64,000 nucleotides of DNA, taken from assembly GCA_050575255.1 (NCBI GenBank), contig JBNZDD010013652.1, forward strand, positions 158,702 to 222,701, written 5' to 3'. The notes beneath the pieces are model-generated. The model made no database searches. It worked only from the letters and a program-made list of their open reading frames with translations, and was not told the DNA's origin. Shown one piece after another: positions 24,173-38,096 of the stretch. This stretch comes from Harriotta raleighana. Taxonomy: Eukaryota. A program made the translations under genes and the position numbers. Each line of letters begins with the position of its first letter. Position 1 is the stretch's first letter.

Positions 24173-25567
24173 GTTCATAATAGTAATTCTTGTTTGTTTC
24201 AAAATAAAGCCATCATGTTGGGAAGCCGTCTAAACAAGTTTCCCAGGATATACTGAAAAGTGTACTAATTGACACGATAATAATCCTTGCATTTGATTTA
24301 GCACTTGATCGCTTCTCCGAGATGTCTCAAAGCGCCCCGCAGAATATACTGTAAAGTGAATTGACTACATACTCTGTGGGTGAAATAGCATCTCTCCTTA
24401 CTGTACTCCTGTGCTGCTTACTTCAGCTTTTGAGGATGAAATCTAAGAACTAAGAAGAATTGGATGTAATTTTATCCTGTTAAGGAGACCTCTCATCAGT
24501 ATGCCTCTTGTTATATTATATTCCACAGGAAAGTAGCTGTGTGTGGATCGACTCCAGGGCATATTCCATGGTTCTAAATTTTAAACAATAACCTGCAATG
24601 ACTATGCTCCTTGGGCTGGAGTAGGGCGAAGCAGGGACTGCTTCAAGCTGAATTGGCTCCAAGGTGACATATTTGCCAATGGAACATTGGAACTAAGTCA
24701 ATCCTTGCTGCACATCTCACAATACATTACTCTCACAGACTGCGGTAAAGAGTTCCAACACAGGGGCTTCTGGACCAACTGATCCAAGCTGACATCACCC
24801 CCTCGTTAACATGAAACCACAGCCTTCTCTTCATTGACAGATTATTCTGTGTCATGTAGGCAGTTTGTTTCTCAGGGCGAAATGAATGGTGAAATCATTG
24901 ATGTTTACGGCCTCCAATTATTAATTCAAAGCGCACTTCAGAATAATTATTCCTCAGCCTCTGTCTCATGTGTTACTTATAAAATTTACACAGTTGCAAA
25001 TAAAATCTTCAGCAGCATTTGAACTAAGATGGCACACACAGAGTAAACTAATAATGCAAATAGCCTACCACATTTAGCACGGTCTCATTTAATTATCTAA
25101 CTGTTAAGGAAGAGTTTTAAGGGGAGGACGAAAGAACATCCACTTTGCAGGATTTAAGAATTGGAGCAATTGTGCCTAATTGTTCCCCAGGTCCCTGTTC
25201 ATTAAACACAGATTATTTATTGTTTCCATTTGGGTTTATTCCAAACAGAGATTTCTGGAGCTGAACACGCCAGCATTGCATGCTTGGCAACCGAACGTCA
25301 GCATAACCATGCTCCTTTATGGTGGTGTCGGCAGTCTCTGTTGCTAACCTAGGTGAGCCCACAGACCCGGTTTATCAGCAGGACCTGAAGTAGCATATGA
25401 TCACTGAAAGCACGCATTGCAATTACACAACACAATTTTTCCAATGTGTACCTATTCATGCTTGTACCACTTGCCTACATTGTAAGCTGTTTTGCATCCA
25501 TTACATACCTATGCATCTTCAATATTCATTGGGGTACAGTTGACATTTATGAGTCTCCTGCTTAGAA

Positions 25568-25947
25568 TTATTGTAATAATAAACTTGCAATTGATATAGC
25601 ACCTCATCAAGTCTTTGAGATGACGCAAAGCATTTCAAAGAATATACTGTAAAGTGAATTGACTGTATATTTTGGGGTGAAACGTGGAAGCCAATTGTGC
25701 ACAGCCGTGTCCCACAAACAGTTGTGGATTGAGCGACCAAATTATTTTTAAAAATTGAATTTGAAGGGATTGTTACCCCCCCCAGAAAGCGATCTGTCAG
25801 TCAGATAACAATCAGGTTCCTAATCACTGCTCCGTAACAGAGGTGTGTAGAGTACGGAAACTTGCCCAACTGGGAATCCTGCTGGGAATCAAACCCAGGT
25901 CCTCCAGTTTGTGAGGCAAGTGCTCTGACTATTGAGCTATAGAACTC
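25568..25947 (-). mobile_element. tRNA-derived SINE, longer subfamily
   Basis: Reverse complement of the SINE tail, core and head, with the extra linker aaagcgatc...aacagagg. Confidence 0.75.
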
Positions 25948-26624
25948 ATTTATATCACTATATTGACATGGTTGGGGGGATAATAATTATTTTCAGTAAA
26001 TCTTTATAATGTTGTTGCATGATTTAGCAGAAAAGATTGCTATTGTTCTAGTTAAGTGCATATTGCACCCTAATATAGTGGATGACCTTTAGATTCGAGC
26101 ATTGTGTCAATTCTAGCTGTTAGTTTGCAGAGGACACGGGGTTAGTCCATAACTAAACCAACTGGAGTGTTATTTAATGCCTCCATAATATGATTTTCAG
26201 ATTGAATTTCCATCTGTATCACAGCTTGAGAAGCCTGGAACAACATGAGCAGTGACTTGGCAGTCTAAGAGAAGTCCATTAACATCCACAGTTGAAATCA
26301 CATCGTGTTTGAAGGACCCAAGGTTAATTACTGCATCTTTGCTGATGTTAATTCCAAACCCACCACTGTTGGAATAGGTAACTCCTCGCAGCCAGTTCCA
26401 TTCATTGCCACCAGCGCTCACAGTAAATCATCAATCAGTTTTGTGCCAACATTTTCATGGTGGGAAACATTCCTAAGTGTATTCTGTTCTTTACACAAAG
26501 ACTGGGCAGAAAATGTAAATAAAATTTATACTTGATGATAAATCTGATACACAATAACAATACACAGAAAAGGGACATCGGGTAAACATTTACTTCTGAG
26601 GAACAGCTATTTATTGCTTCTTCA

Positions 26625-26830
26625 CCTTGACAGTGAAACAGGACAGGCACCAGGAAGTTTTTTCTCTCTCCAAAGGGTAATTAACAGCTGGCACAGGTTG
26701 CCAAGAAAAGTTGTTAGGGCCTGGACACTGGACTCAGTTGAAAAACAGCTTGATACTGTGTTGAAAGGAGGGTAAGTTGATGTTCTGGAGGATGAAATCA
26801 GTTGGGTCATAGGGCCAGCTTCATTCAAAT
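26625..26830 (+). mobile_element. Degenerate CR1 3' fragment
   Basis: ttctctctccaaagggtaattaacagctggcacaggttgcca encodes an FSQRVI.WN.LP-like motif, followed by a CR1-type UTR. Confidence 0.55.
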
Positions 26831-27866
26831 CAATCTTGTGATCTTGTGATATCTCTGGAAGAACCTCACAGAAAGACAAATGATCTTGCGAGATGAAGGC
26901 TTAAAATTTATTTTAAATATTCAATGTTAAAATATCAACAACAACAACAAAATTACACTTGTCTAGTGCCTTTCACGTCAGGAGGACATCCCAAAGCTGA
27001 TCAATATAGTGGCTGTGAATAAAGGCCATAGTCATTAACTGCAACAGCAACAACTTGCATTTATATAGCACTGTTCATGCAGGGTAGCGCCTCAGAGCGC
27101 TTAATAGTGGTAGAGCATGACATCAAGCTGGGGAGGGGGAATGATCGTAGCGATTATCAAAGAGGAAGGTCTTTGCTGTGATCTGAAGATGGTCAAGGAG
27201 GGTGCAAAGTGGATGAGTTGAGGCAGAAAGTTCCATAGGTTTATGGTGTTGTAGTTGTTGTGGCTGAAAGCACAGCCACTGATGGTGGAGTGGAGAGAAT
27301 GAGGGATCTGTTGGAGCCGGAGCCCGTTGTGCGAAGATAGTGTAGTGAGGTGATGCAAGTCGGAGACACAGTGCGGTGCTAGGATGTGAACTAAAAACAA
27401 CATGAAGCTAGTTTGGAATGTCCAGAAATCAGACTGGTATGGGAATACTCACAAACTCGTTTCAAAGACAAGTTTTAACTACATTTTGTGTCTAGTCGAT
27501 TAAAAATTTTCCTTCATTCCAATAATGCAATAAGGCAGGAATACATTTTGTAACATCTCAATGTTTCTGTCAAGATTCTATTGATATATTTATGACATTT
27601 AATGGAAACTAAATAAATCTTTGAATAAAAATGAAAGAGACTGGGGAAGCCTCCTGGAAATAGGATTAGACTGGCAATTAAAAGCGAACAGGCAGCTAGC
27701 CGCACTATCGATATCAGTGCCTTGTCAGGTATAGCACAACTACAAGTTTCTGCCCTGGGGTAAATTGTAAACCCTCACTCTGTGGAAGGCAATGCCAATC
27801 ACATGCTGACTTGAATATTTTGTTTTTGTTTATTTAATCCTGCATTGTGTATATCTCCAATGGCAT

Positions 27867-28733
27867 TATAATAATAATAATAATCCGTGTGTTTGATATA
27901 GCACCATATCATGTCTTCCAGGCATCTCAAAGCGCTTCACAGAATACACTGAGAAGTGAATTCACTATATTTTGTGGGTGAAGTTCGGCAGCCAATTGCG
28001 CACAGCAGTGTTGCACAAACAGTCATGGATTTTTTTTTTTAAAGGGATTATTATCCCATTTTAAAAAATGGAAAAGCGATCCGGGACTAGATGAAGTTCT
28101 TACCTTATACAGTAAAAGCCTGTTTATCCGGCACCCGCGAGACCAGGCCAGTGCCGATTAAATGGCTTGCTGGTTAAATGTGTTTTAAAACTAATTAAAA
28201 ATTATTTTAACACATACCTTATTAATAATAGACTAAATAATAACAGATAATAACAATATTGTATGGATACTTTATTGTAAATGTTGTACACCGCACCATA
28301 TAAATAAGACTAAATACAGCAATAACAGATACTATAATAAAAGAATAATGTATTAGTACTTTATAATTTCTACTTAACTTCTGCAATGGTGGCCGCCACA
28401 GGAGGAAAATAAACGACAGCGCGACCTTCAGGCTGTCCTAGCGGCAAGCCAATATACCTGCATAGTACTCGCGTGCGACAATCGATTCACTAAATGCATC
28501 ACCACTATTCTGCCGATTAATTGGACGGGGACTTTTTTTCGACGTGTTCCGGTTCATCAAGTCACGGATAAATGACCTTTTACTGTACTTTAAAGACAAG
28601 TGCTATGTACTGCTAGGTAAACAGAGGCATGCAGAAAAAGGAAATTTGTCAAAGGTTTTCCTCTGCTGGGATTCAAACCCAGGTCAGTCTCACTTGTGAG
28701 ACAAATGCTCTATTCATTAAGTTACAGGACTCC
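27867..28733 (-). mobile_element. tRNA-derived SINE (long subfamily) interrupted by a MITE
   Basis: Tail and core at about 27867-28107. Linker and head (ggattcaaacccagg...ttacaggactcc) resume after 28587. Confidence 0.75.
28110..28585. mobile_element. Tigger/pogo-like MITE (family A), 476 bp
   Basis: TA|CAGTAAAAGCCTGTTTATCCG ... CGGATAAATGACCTTTTACTG|TA: terminal inverted repeats with a TA target-site duplication. Confidence 0.85.
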
Positions 28734-30892
28734 ACAATTGAGACTTCACGCGATTCGACCTTCACATGAGGGAGAGGGGAATAGAAGCATATGGGTAGGA
28801 GCGAGGAATGGATGAAGACTTGTGTAGAGCATAAACACTAGCACAGCCTGGTTGGGCAAGTGGCCTGTTTCCATGCTGTACAGACTTTGTAAATCATTGA
28901 TTGCGTTTGATGGGTTACTGTAATTACTATAATTGTGCATGGAAGAATATTGATCAGATTTCATTATAAAGTGCAGCAATTTTATAAAGGTTATTGACCC
29001 AGCTTGTTTACTCTCACATGCTCTCTGTCTACCTTCAGCAATTTCATTACATTAACTTTATAAGGAATCCTGCAACAAATTGACATACAATATAACTATA
29101 CCTGGTGCAACAATGCATTGATGTCATTCCAACCGGGAGACCTCTTCTCCAAATATTAGTTTCTCTAGCCCAGGCACTTAGCAATGGACTCCACAGTAAA
29201 TCTGCACTCAAATGTGCTTCAGTACAAAATATTGATCCATATCAATGTGCCAGCCTGAGCAGCAGCAACATTGCCATCACAGGGAAAGAATAGAATTGAT
29301 TTATTATCTTCTACTGTGATCAAATTAAATGTTAAGTTACCACGGACTTTTACATTGTACAGAAATGGTATAAGTGAAAATTAGTGTTATTTTCCCAAGC
29401 AATATCTCAGCAATAATTCAACAGCACACATCAGAGAGAGCAATCCAGACTAAATTCAATCAATAATATCAAAAGCAGCTATTTATGTAGCTTCCTTCAT
29501 GCAAAGTAACATCTCAGACTTCTTCAGTGTTCGTTGAGCAAGGGGGTGCATGAAGCGACCATAAGGCTAGTTCAAGAGGTAAGTCTTCAATATAATCCTT
29601 GCATTTGATATAGCACCTTACAATATTGTCTAGACAGGATATACTGTAATGTGAATTGTATTGTGTATTTTTGGGGGTGAAATGCAGTAGCTAGTTTGCC
29701 CACAGCAATTTCTCATGAACAGTCATGTGAATGATTGACCAATTTTTATTTGGGAGATTGTTGGGAGAAACTTCCTACTCTTGTCAAATAGTGCTGTGGG
29801 GACTTTTAAGTCGACCCTGTCATGGTTCCCTTATCTCTGGGTGAGAATTATATGCTCCTTCAAGTTACATTCTGAAAGGAGAGATCTGTTTCCTCATCTT
29901 ATGTCGAGGATACAGGCTCGGTCAGAGCTGTCTCATAAATTTCACCAAAGTAAAATATTGGCAATTAATAAAATATTCCTCCTTTGTTCAGTCCCACAGG
30001 CTTCAATATATACATGTGTTCCTGCATTTGGCACAATTTTGCACACAATCCTTATATCGTACAACACATTGATAAAATTATATCAGTATAGCTTTAACAA
30101 GGCATAATATCCCATACTCTAAGATATCTAACCACTGAACTTCAACCAGGGGTAAACAAATAAAGTAACCTAACCCTAAATTCACATCTCCTCAAAGTTC
30201 CAGAGATTCAGAGTTTTTATCATTAGTAATGTTAGAGTCAAGTATTAGTTAAAACTCCCAACAACCCAGTATAACTCTACTCCCTCTTTTTTTTCTATCT
30301 CTAATGTGGCCATGTGACATTTCATCAGTTCTCCACACTTTGACGAGTTGAAAACATAAAACTGTTAACTCAACTATGGTTCAGTCTAAAAGACTCCAAG
30401 TCAGGACCATAAAATTCACTAACTCACGAACTCTAACAAAAAGTCTCAAACCAAAAACACTTAACCAACATTTTACCCCTTAAGAAAGATAAACAAATTG
30501 ATGTCACAATCTTAACAATTTAACAGATTATGTGTCTCCAAACACTGTGACCCTTCTCCCTGAACCCAAATATTCACCTTATTAACCCTTTACTACCTCA
30601 CAACTTCAACAGACAGATGGGATTGTTCCAACACAGCTCACCAAGTACAGCACTTTGCTCTTCTGGGGGAGCTAAGTGGGGTTTCCTTGGAGCTGAACTG
30701 GCTCCAAATTCAGATGCCTGGCAATGGAGTCCGTTTCCTGAGCCAGATGGGACTGCAGTATTCCAGGGCACTCCTTATGACAGCATAGCCAGCCTGGAGG
30801 TCATCCCAATCAGCTCCTGTTAACCCTCCAAGTCACAGCCCTAATGGGTAGAGTGGACCTAGCTGGACAAGCAGTGAAAAAGCTTGCCAAAC

Positions 30893-31655
30893 AATAACAA
30901 CAAAATTACACTTGTATAGTGCCTTGGTCAGAAGGACATCCCAAGGTGCTGGTCTGTCACTGTTTTGGATCCAAGCTGGGGACAGGTGGGTGGAGGGAAT
31001 TGGGGGGAATTAGGAGGTGCCAATGGGACCATCGAAGGCAAGGCTTGAGGCAGGACTTGAAGGAGACCAGGGATGGGGTGAGGCAAAGGGACTGCGGATG
31101 GAGTTCCAGAGGTTGTGGGCAGAGTGACTAGAGGCTCGCCCGCCAGTAGTGTGGGTGGATGGGTCGGGGACGTGGAGCAGGCCAGAGCCTGATGAGTGGA
31201 GGAGGCAGGCAGGTTGGTAAGGGGTTAGAAGGTCACAGATGTAGGGTGGGGTGAGCTTGTGGACAGCTTTAAATGTGAGGACCAGGATCTTGAAATGGAT
31301 CCTCTGGATGATGGGGAGCCAATGGAGTCGGTTGAGGATGGGGGAGATGGGGTCACGGAGTTTGGAAAGGTAGAGGCCATGGGCCGCAGAGTTCTGGATC
31401 ATCTGCAACCTTTGGAAGGAGGAATTGGGAAGGTTGACAAGCAGGGCATTTGCATAGTCAAGCCAGGATGTTATGAAGGTATGAATGAGAGTTTCAGCAG
31501 CTTTGGGGGTGAGATAGTGGCAGAGTCAGGCAATATTGCGGAGATGAGGAAAGGCAGAGCGAGTTATTGCTTGGATGTGGGGCAGGAAAGACAGTTGAGG
31601 GTCGAACAAGACACTAGGCTCCTGATTGGCTTGGTGAGGTCGAGTAACAGCAATA
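30893..31655 (-). mobile_element. L2 LINE 3' fragment
   Basis: Minus-strand ORF QNSAAHGLYLSKLRDPISPILNRLHWLPIIQRIHFKILVLTFKAVH is classic L2 ORF2. The (AAC)n tail is at the left end. Confidence 0.9.
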
Positions 31656-34150
31656 TCAATAGAGAGCTACATGGTTTTAGCTGGTTAGACTCCAGCAGAA
31701 ACTCAGTGCATACTCTGGGGACTCAAAGCTTTGGTTCTTGATAACCTTTACCTAATACTCTTCAGAATTAGGTAAGCAGGATGTGTCCCTCCAGGGAGAG
31801 GGCGCGCATTCCATTCCATCTCTGCCTCTGTAACAAAAGAAAAGCACTGCATTGAAGTGTCAGTTTAGACTAAGTGATTCCGAGTCCCAATGTGGGGCCT
31901 TGAACCCACAATAATAATAATAATAATAATAATCCTTGCATTTGATATAGCGCTTTTCACATCTTATCAACGTCCCAAAGCGCTTCACAGAGNGAGGGCG
32001 CGCATTCCATTCCATCTCTGCCTCTGTACCAAACGAAAGGCACTGCATTGAAGTGTCAGTTTAGACTAAGTGATTCCGAGTCCCAACGTGGGGCCTTGAA
32101 CCCACAACCTTCTGACGTAAGAGCAGTTTCATTGAGCCAGAATAAGAAGTGGCCACCAAGACCCCTCATACGTTGCCTGGCTCCTCCACTGTCTCACACT
32201 ACAGGTCGCCAAAACCCTCATACACGCATTCAGAACATCCAGGCTTTACTGCGAAAACTCCATGCTTGTCAGCCTCCCCAACTCCAATCATCCCCCAATT
32301 CTCCTCCCTTCCCTCCACTCTCCCCGTTCTTGATCCCAGCTCAGGTCTGAAACACTGACTGTCCAGCACCTGACATTGCCCCGACGTGAAAGGCCTTTTA
32401 CAAATGTAATTTTCTTGTTGTTGTTATCGGAACTAAAATCAAAGCACAAGAACTTTCCATAGAAAACAAATATTTCTCTTCCTGCAAAGTGCAATCACTG
32501 TGATAATGTGCAGTTAGAATAGAAACATCCCTTTCTAAGAGTGAATTGTGAAAGTCCCTGCACTGCAGTAGGACAAATTTCACCCAGTTCGTTGATTTCA
32601 GCTGCCATTAATGTGATCAATATATCAAGGCATTGCAATATCTCACTCTAATGGTAGGAATGTCTATGCATCTGACTGAATGATTTACACTTAAACCCTT
32701 AGTAAAATAGGATTAAAAATAATTACTTTGCAGTCCCAGATGGTAAAGCCACTGAAACCTGGTGCTGCAGAGCTGGAAAATGTTCAAGATTTCTGCACCA
32801 CTACCCCTAATACTAATATAAACACACCAATAATAATAATCCTTGCATTTGATATACTGTAGTGCTTTTTACATCTTCCAAAGCACTTCACAGAATATAC
32901 CGTAAAGTGAATTGACTGAATATTTGTGGGTGAAACTCAACAGCCAATTCTGCACAGCAGTGTACCACAAACAGTCATGGATTGAAATGACCAATTATGT
33001 TATTATTGTTTTTTGAGGGGTTATTACTAGGTGTGTATATTTGTGGGTGAAACGCGGCAACCAATTGCACACAGCAGTGTCCCACAGTCATGGATCGAAA
33101 TTACCAATTTTTATTATTGTGTTTTTTTTGAGGGATTAGCCTTTTATCAAAGCATTGGTGACCTCTGAACTCTGGGTGTGTGGGGGGTGGGGGAGGCAAG
33201 GGTGCAGTGGAAGGGATTAACCTCTAATAAATGATAATGGTTTTACAATGTTAAGAATATCAGAAAAGAACAATCTCGGGTTTATCGATAGTCGCCTGCA
33301 TCCCAATGCAATGTAATCTTGAAAAGTCGGGACAGTCTTTTCAATACTGGCTGGAAAAGGTGAAAGTAAAATTTGCAGTGTTAGACTGAACATTTAAGTT
33401 TTGTTTCTATTGAAAGGATCATAAGAAATACATTCCTTGAAAACTCTTAGCCTGTCCAATGGACAATTCCGAAAGCTTTCAAAGAACCACTGGCAGCAAA
33501 GCCTGAAGAGATTCAACACTTCTGCAGTCAACAACAGTAATTCAAATGGGGGTGTTGGTTATACCACATCAAGTTGGTCACACCAATGAGACTCCTGCTC
33601 ACCAATCACATAGTCCAACTTTGATTTATACAACACTTATTTGTGTTATTTGCAGATAAAACTAGTAGCCAGTCTATGTCTTGGCATCCATTCATCAGTG
33701 TTACAACTTCTGTTAGAAGATCATATTTCCCCCACAGAATATACAGTCTATTCATTTTACAACATATTCTGTAAATTGCTTTGAAACATCTTGAAGGTGT
33801 GATAATGCTCTATATCAAATACAATGATTATTATTATATAACTGGACAGTAACACTACATCCCAGGAGGGAAAGTGCATTGATTTACAATGTCAAATATT
33901 TTCTAACATTGAATTCACACTTCAAAATAAATTTATACTTGTCGGAGTGGGCTCCCATGTTGCTGAGAATCCTGTTGTTGTTCTCTTTTTGGTTAGTGCC
34001 GTAGGAACTCTATCGTCCGCTTGAACAGGCAGTCGAGTCCTTGATTCAACATCTCATCTGAAGAATGGTAGTTCTGACAATGCAACACACTTTAAGCACT
34101 TTTTTTGAAACGTCAGTATAGACTGTCAGCTCAAAGTCCCAACATGGGGG

Positions 34151-34240
34151 CTCACAACCTTCTGACTCAGGACTGACTCCCAATCTCACAACCTTCTGAC
34201 TCAAGTCTGACTCCCAATCTCACAAGCTTCTGTCTCAGAA
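34151..34240 (+). repeat. 34-bp tandem repeat (~2.6 copies) in the head of an older SINE
   Basis: ctcacaaccttctgactca(g/a)g(a/t)ctgactcccaat repeated. Confidence 0.8.
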
Positions 34241-34948
34241 TCAAGAGTGCTTACCACATGGGGAACTTGATTCATCTACAAATGGCTTTTTATTGCTGGC
34301 TTTTTATAATGAACAGAAAGGTAGAATCTCCAGTCTGATGTTTTGACTACAGTATATATCAGATAAATCATATAGATTATCTTCATATTTTCAAATATAT
34401 TTCCACATGTTAAAAAATCAAACACAATAATTGCAACTTATTGACTCTCTAGATCCTAGCATTGCAACTTAACAATATCCTGAGTAAAATAAAACATTCA
34501 TTAAATGAGCTTAGATCTTCAGCATTAATTTGTCTGTCCTCGTTTTGTGAAACATTTCCTGGAGCACACTGTTTATAATTACAGATTCAAGTATTTTAAT
34601 TTTTCATCTTAAATTCTCTGAAGGGAAGTCTAACAGCCTTCCTGAGTACATGAAAATATTTCATGGAAACATTTTAGACCAGTTTATATAATTGATTTTT
34701 CACCTTTAACTAGGCTGCAACTCGCAACTTGGCTGTAACTAGCAACGCCACCTCAAGACTCTATCCCATGTCCTCTCCTTTTCACTAACTATACATTATC
34801 CCTCAGTGATGTAATTGGGGTTTACTTTCCACACATATGCAGATGAAACCCAACTCTGTCTCCATCCTCAATTGTAGGACTACTACAGCTGACTGATTAT
34901 CTGCCTACAGCTGTTATACAGCTAACTTGTCAATGAATGTCTGAGGTA

Positions 34949-35326
34949 CAGTAAAACCTTGGGCCCACTCACCTCCCGGATTGCGGAGTTTGCTGGTGTC
35001 TAGAAGCTACCCTAGAAATGGCTGGGGAAGGCTTGCCTCATACACCAGGTGAGCTGTAAACACAGCACTGAAGCCAAACAACAACAACAACGACTTCGAT
35101 TTATATAGCGCCCTCCACGCTATATGGATGGCTTCTCAAAGCACTTCGATGGCTGAGCTCCACCCACAGTGCCGGATAACAGAGCAGCGTCAGTGTGAAC
35201 TGTTAACAGCTTTTCCAAATTTGGGGGGGGGGGATTTGCCAGACATCAGAAAAATATTAATGCTGTTTGTATTTTGAAATCTTGCTGGGAGTTCTTTGGG
35301 AATGCCGGATTATCAAGGTTTTACTG
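34949..35326. mobile_element. Tigger/pogo-like MITE (family B) with a nested L2 tail
   Basis: TA|CAGTAAAACCTTG ... CAAGGTTTTACTG TIRs. An L2 tail fragment lies at about 35077-35146. Confidence 0.75.
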
Positions 35327-36615
35327 CATTTAGTATTGACTTCAAAAGAAAACATGGTGAAAATAAAGAAGAATAAAGAGGAAGCAACAACAACAACAAC
35401 AAAATTACATTTGTTTACTGTAGCGTTTTTCACATCGGGAGGATGTCTCAAGGTACTGGACAGTCAGACACAAGCTCGGTCACATCACATCAAGTCACCT
35501 CAAAGGAGGAGGTTCAGACTTTGGGACTGCTCGGCTGGTGATTGGATTTAACTTCAAAATCAGTCATATCCTGACATTACCCTACCTCTCCACTCCTGCT
35601 TACTCTCCACTCCATCACCTACCACCTCTGCTGGGCTGCTTCTCTCCTGACTGTCGTGCCTGTTCTTGTGCTCCACCATCAGGGGCTGTGCTTTCAGCCA
35701 CTATGTCCTGAAACTTTGGCATTCTCTCCAATATTCTCTCCACCTCATCCTCTCCTTCCCAATTTCAGATCATGCCTGATGACCTTCCTCTTCGACTGTG
35801 CTTATGGTCACCTCCCACCGGCTTTTCATAAAGCTTTGCCTTTGTTAAGATCTCCAAGACAATACTCTGCATGATGAATCTCCAGAAAACATATATAAAT
35901 AATAAAGATAAAAATAATAATCCTTGCATTTGATAGAGCGCTTTTCACATCTTAGCTATGTCTCAAAGCACTTCACAGAATATACTGTAAAGTGAATTGA
36001 CTGTATATTTGTGGGTGAAATGCAGCATCCAATTGCGCACAGCAGTGTCCCACAAACAGTCAATGGACGCTGTATAAATATAGCACATATATATACCTAT
36101 ATATTCAAATTGTTGTTGTGAGTAGGTGACATTGAAATAACCAGAGAAGTCAGTGTGGTCAGAGGTACCAAAGGACCACGCTGCACATACACAGAAAGTA
36201 GAATGATTTGAAAAGGAATATTGAGGATCTGAGCTAATTTAAAATAATTATTATTACAGTATTTGGTTGATGTTTTACTTTGCTAGATATTAAACTCTGG
36301 GTTGCCATTCTAGTTTTTTTTAACAGCTACTTCAACTGGTATACTTTCATTATATTAATAATAGTAATAATAATCCTTGTATTTGATAATAATCATTGGG
36401 CCTTATCACGTCTTTGAGAGGTCTCAAAGTACTACACAGAATATACTGTAAAATGCATTGACCGTGTATTTTGTGAGAAAAATGTGGCAGCCAATTGGCA
36501 CAGCAGTGATCCACGAACTGTTGTGGATTGATTGACCAAATCTTTTTTAAGGAATTATTACCCTGGGAAAGCAATCCGCTAATCGACCAACAACTGAGTT
36601 TCTCTCAGCTAAATA

Positions 36616-37374
36616 CAGTAAAACCTCATTTATCCGGCACCCACGGGACCTGGCCAGTGGCGGTTAAATGTTTTTTCCGGTTGAACTGATTTAAAAATAT
36701 ATATTTTTTAATTAAATATAATTTTTTCAAAATAAATTAAAATTATTTTAACACATACCATATTAATAATGGACTAAATAATAACAGAATATTCTATTAG
36801 TACATGATTATTTATATTTAACTTCAGAATTGCAGCACTGATTCGACGGGAGGTAAAAAACACGAGTTTAAAAAGCAACGAGTTTAGACCTAACGGTCAG
36901 CACACACACACATAGACACACAGACAGACACACACACACACATACAGATAGACAGAGACCCTCAAAGATATTCAATCTGAATCCATCATATAAATTTTGT
37001 CCCCCCACCCTTTCCTCTCTGTCTCTCTCTCTCCCTTTCCCCATATCTCATTCACCCCCACCCCTTTCTTTCTCTCCATTCCACCCTCCTCCCTCTCTCT
37101 TTCCGTTTCCTCTTCTCCCTTTCCCCCTCCTCCCCCCCATTTGGCCGCTACCTGTAGCAATATTTAACTTACCTTCCCAACGACCAGGCACTCATCCATT
37201 CGAACGAGGTAAAATAAAAACCATGAGTTTTAAAAGGACCCGAAACGAGTTTAAACCTGACATTCAACGCGTTGCCGGATAATTTCTGCTTAGTCGGACT
37301 GGGACTTTTTTTTTGAGGTGGCGGTTGAACGGGTTTTCCGATTATTCGAGTCACGGATAAACAAGGTTTTACTG
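36616..37374. mobile_element. Tigger/pogo-like MITE (family A), 759 bp, inside a SINE
   Basis: TA|CAGTAAAACCTCATTTATCCGG ... CGGATAAACAAGGTTTTACTG|TA. The left ~170 bp is homologous to 28110-28260. It contains (CA/GA)n and CT-rich tracts. Confidence 0.85.
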
Positions 37375-37536
37375 TAAATAGAAGAATGTAGAGTAAGGAA
37401 ACTTGCCCAATAAGAACCTAAGAATTAGGAGCAGAAGTAGGCTATTTGGCCCTTTGAGCCTGCCCCATCATTCAATAAGATCTTCTGACCTAACTCTAAT
37501 TACCTGCCCTATCCCCATATCCCCTAATCCCTCTAT

Positions 37537-37647
37537 NNNNNNNNNNNNNNNNNNNNNNNNNNNNNNNNNNNNNNNNNNNNNNNNNNNNNNNNNNNNNNNN
37601 NNNNNNNNNNNNNNNNNNNNNNNNNNNNNNNNNNNNNNNNNNNNNNN
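37537..37647. other. Assembly gap (111 N) flanked by a false duplication
   Basis: 36956-37536 is repeated at 37648-38222 with a few substitutions and microsatellite length differences. Confidence 0.9.
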
Positions 37648-38096
37648 AGACCCTCAAAGATATTCAGTCTGAATCCATCATATAAATTCTGTCCCCTCAC
37701 CCTTTCCTCTCTCTCTCTCCCTTTCCCCATATCTCATTCCCCCCCACCCCTTTCTTTCTCTCCATTCCACCCTCCTCCCTCTCTCTTTCCGTTTCCTCTT
37801 CTCCCTTTCCCCCTCCTCCCCCCCATTTGGCCGCTACCTGTAGCAATATTTAACTTACCTTCCCAACGACCAGGCACTCATCCATTCGAACGAGGTAAAA
37901 TAAAAACCATGAGTTTTAAAAGGACCTGAAACGAGTTTAAACCTGACATTCAACGCGTTGCCGGATAATTTCTGCTTAGTCGGACTGGGACTTTTTTTTT
38001 GAGGTGGCGGTTGAACGGGTTTTCCGATTATTCGAGTCACGGATAAACAAGGTTTTACTGTAAATAGAAGAATGTAGAGTAAGGAAACTTGCCCAA

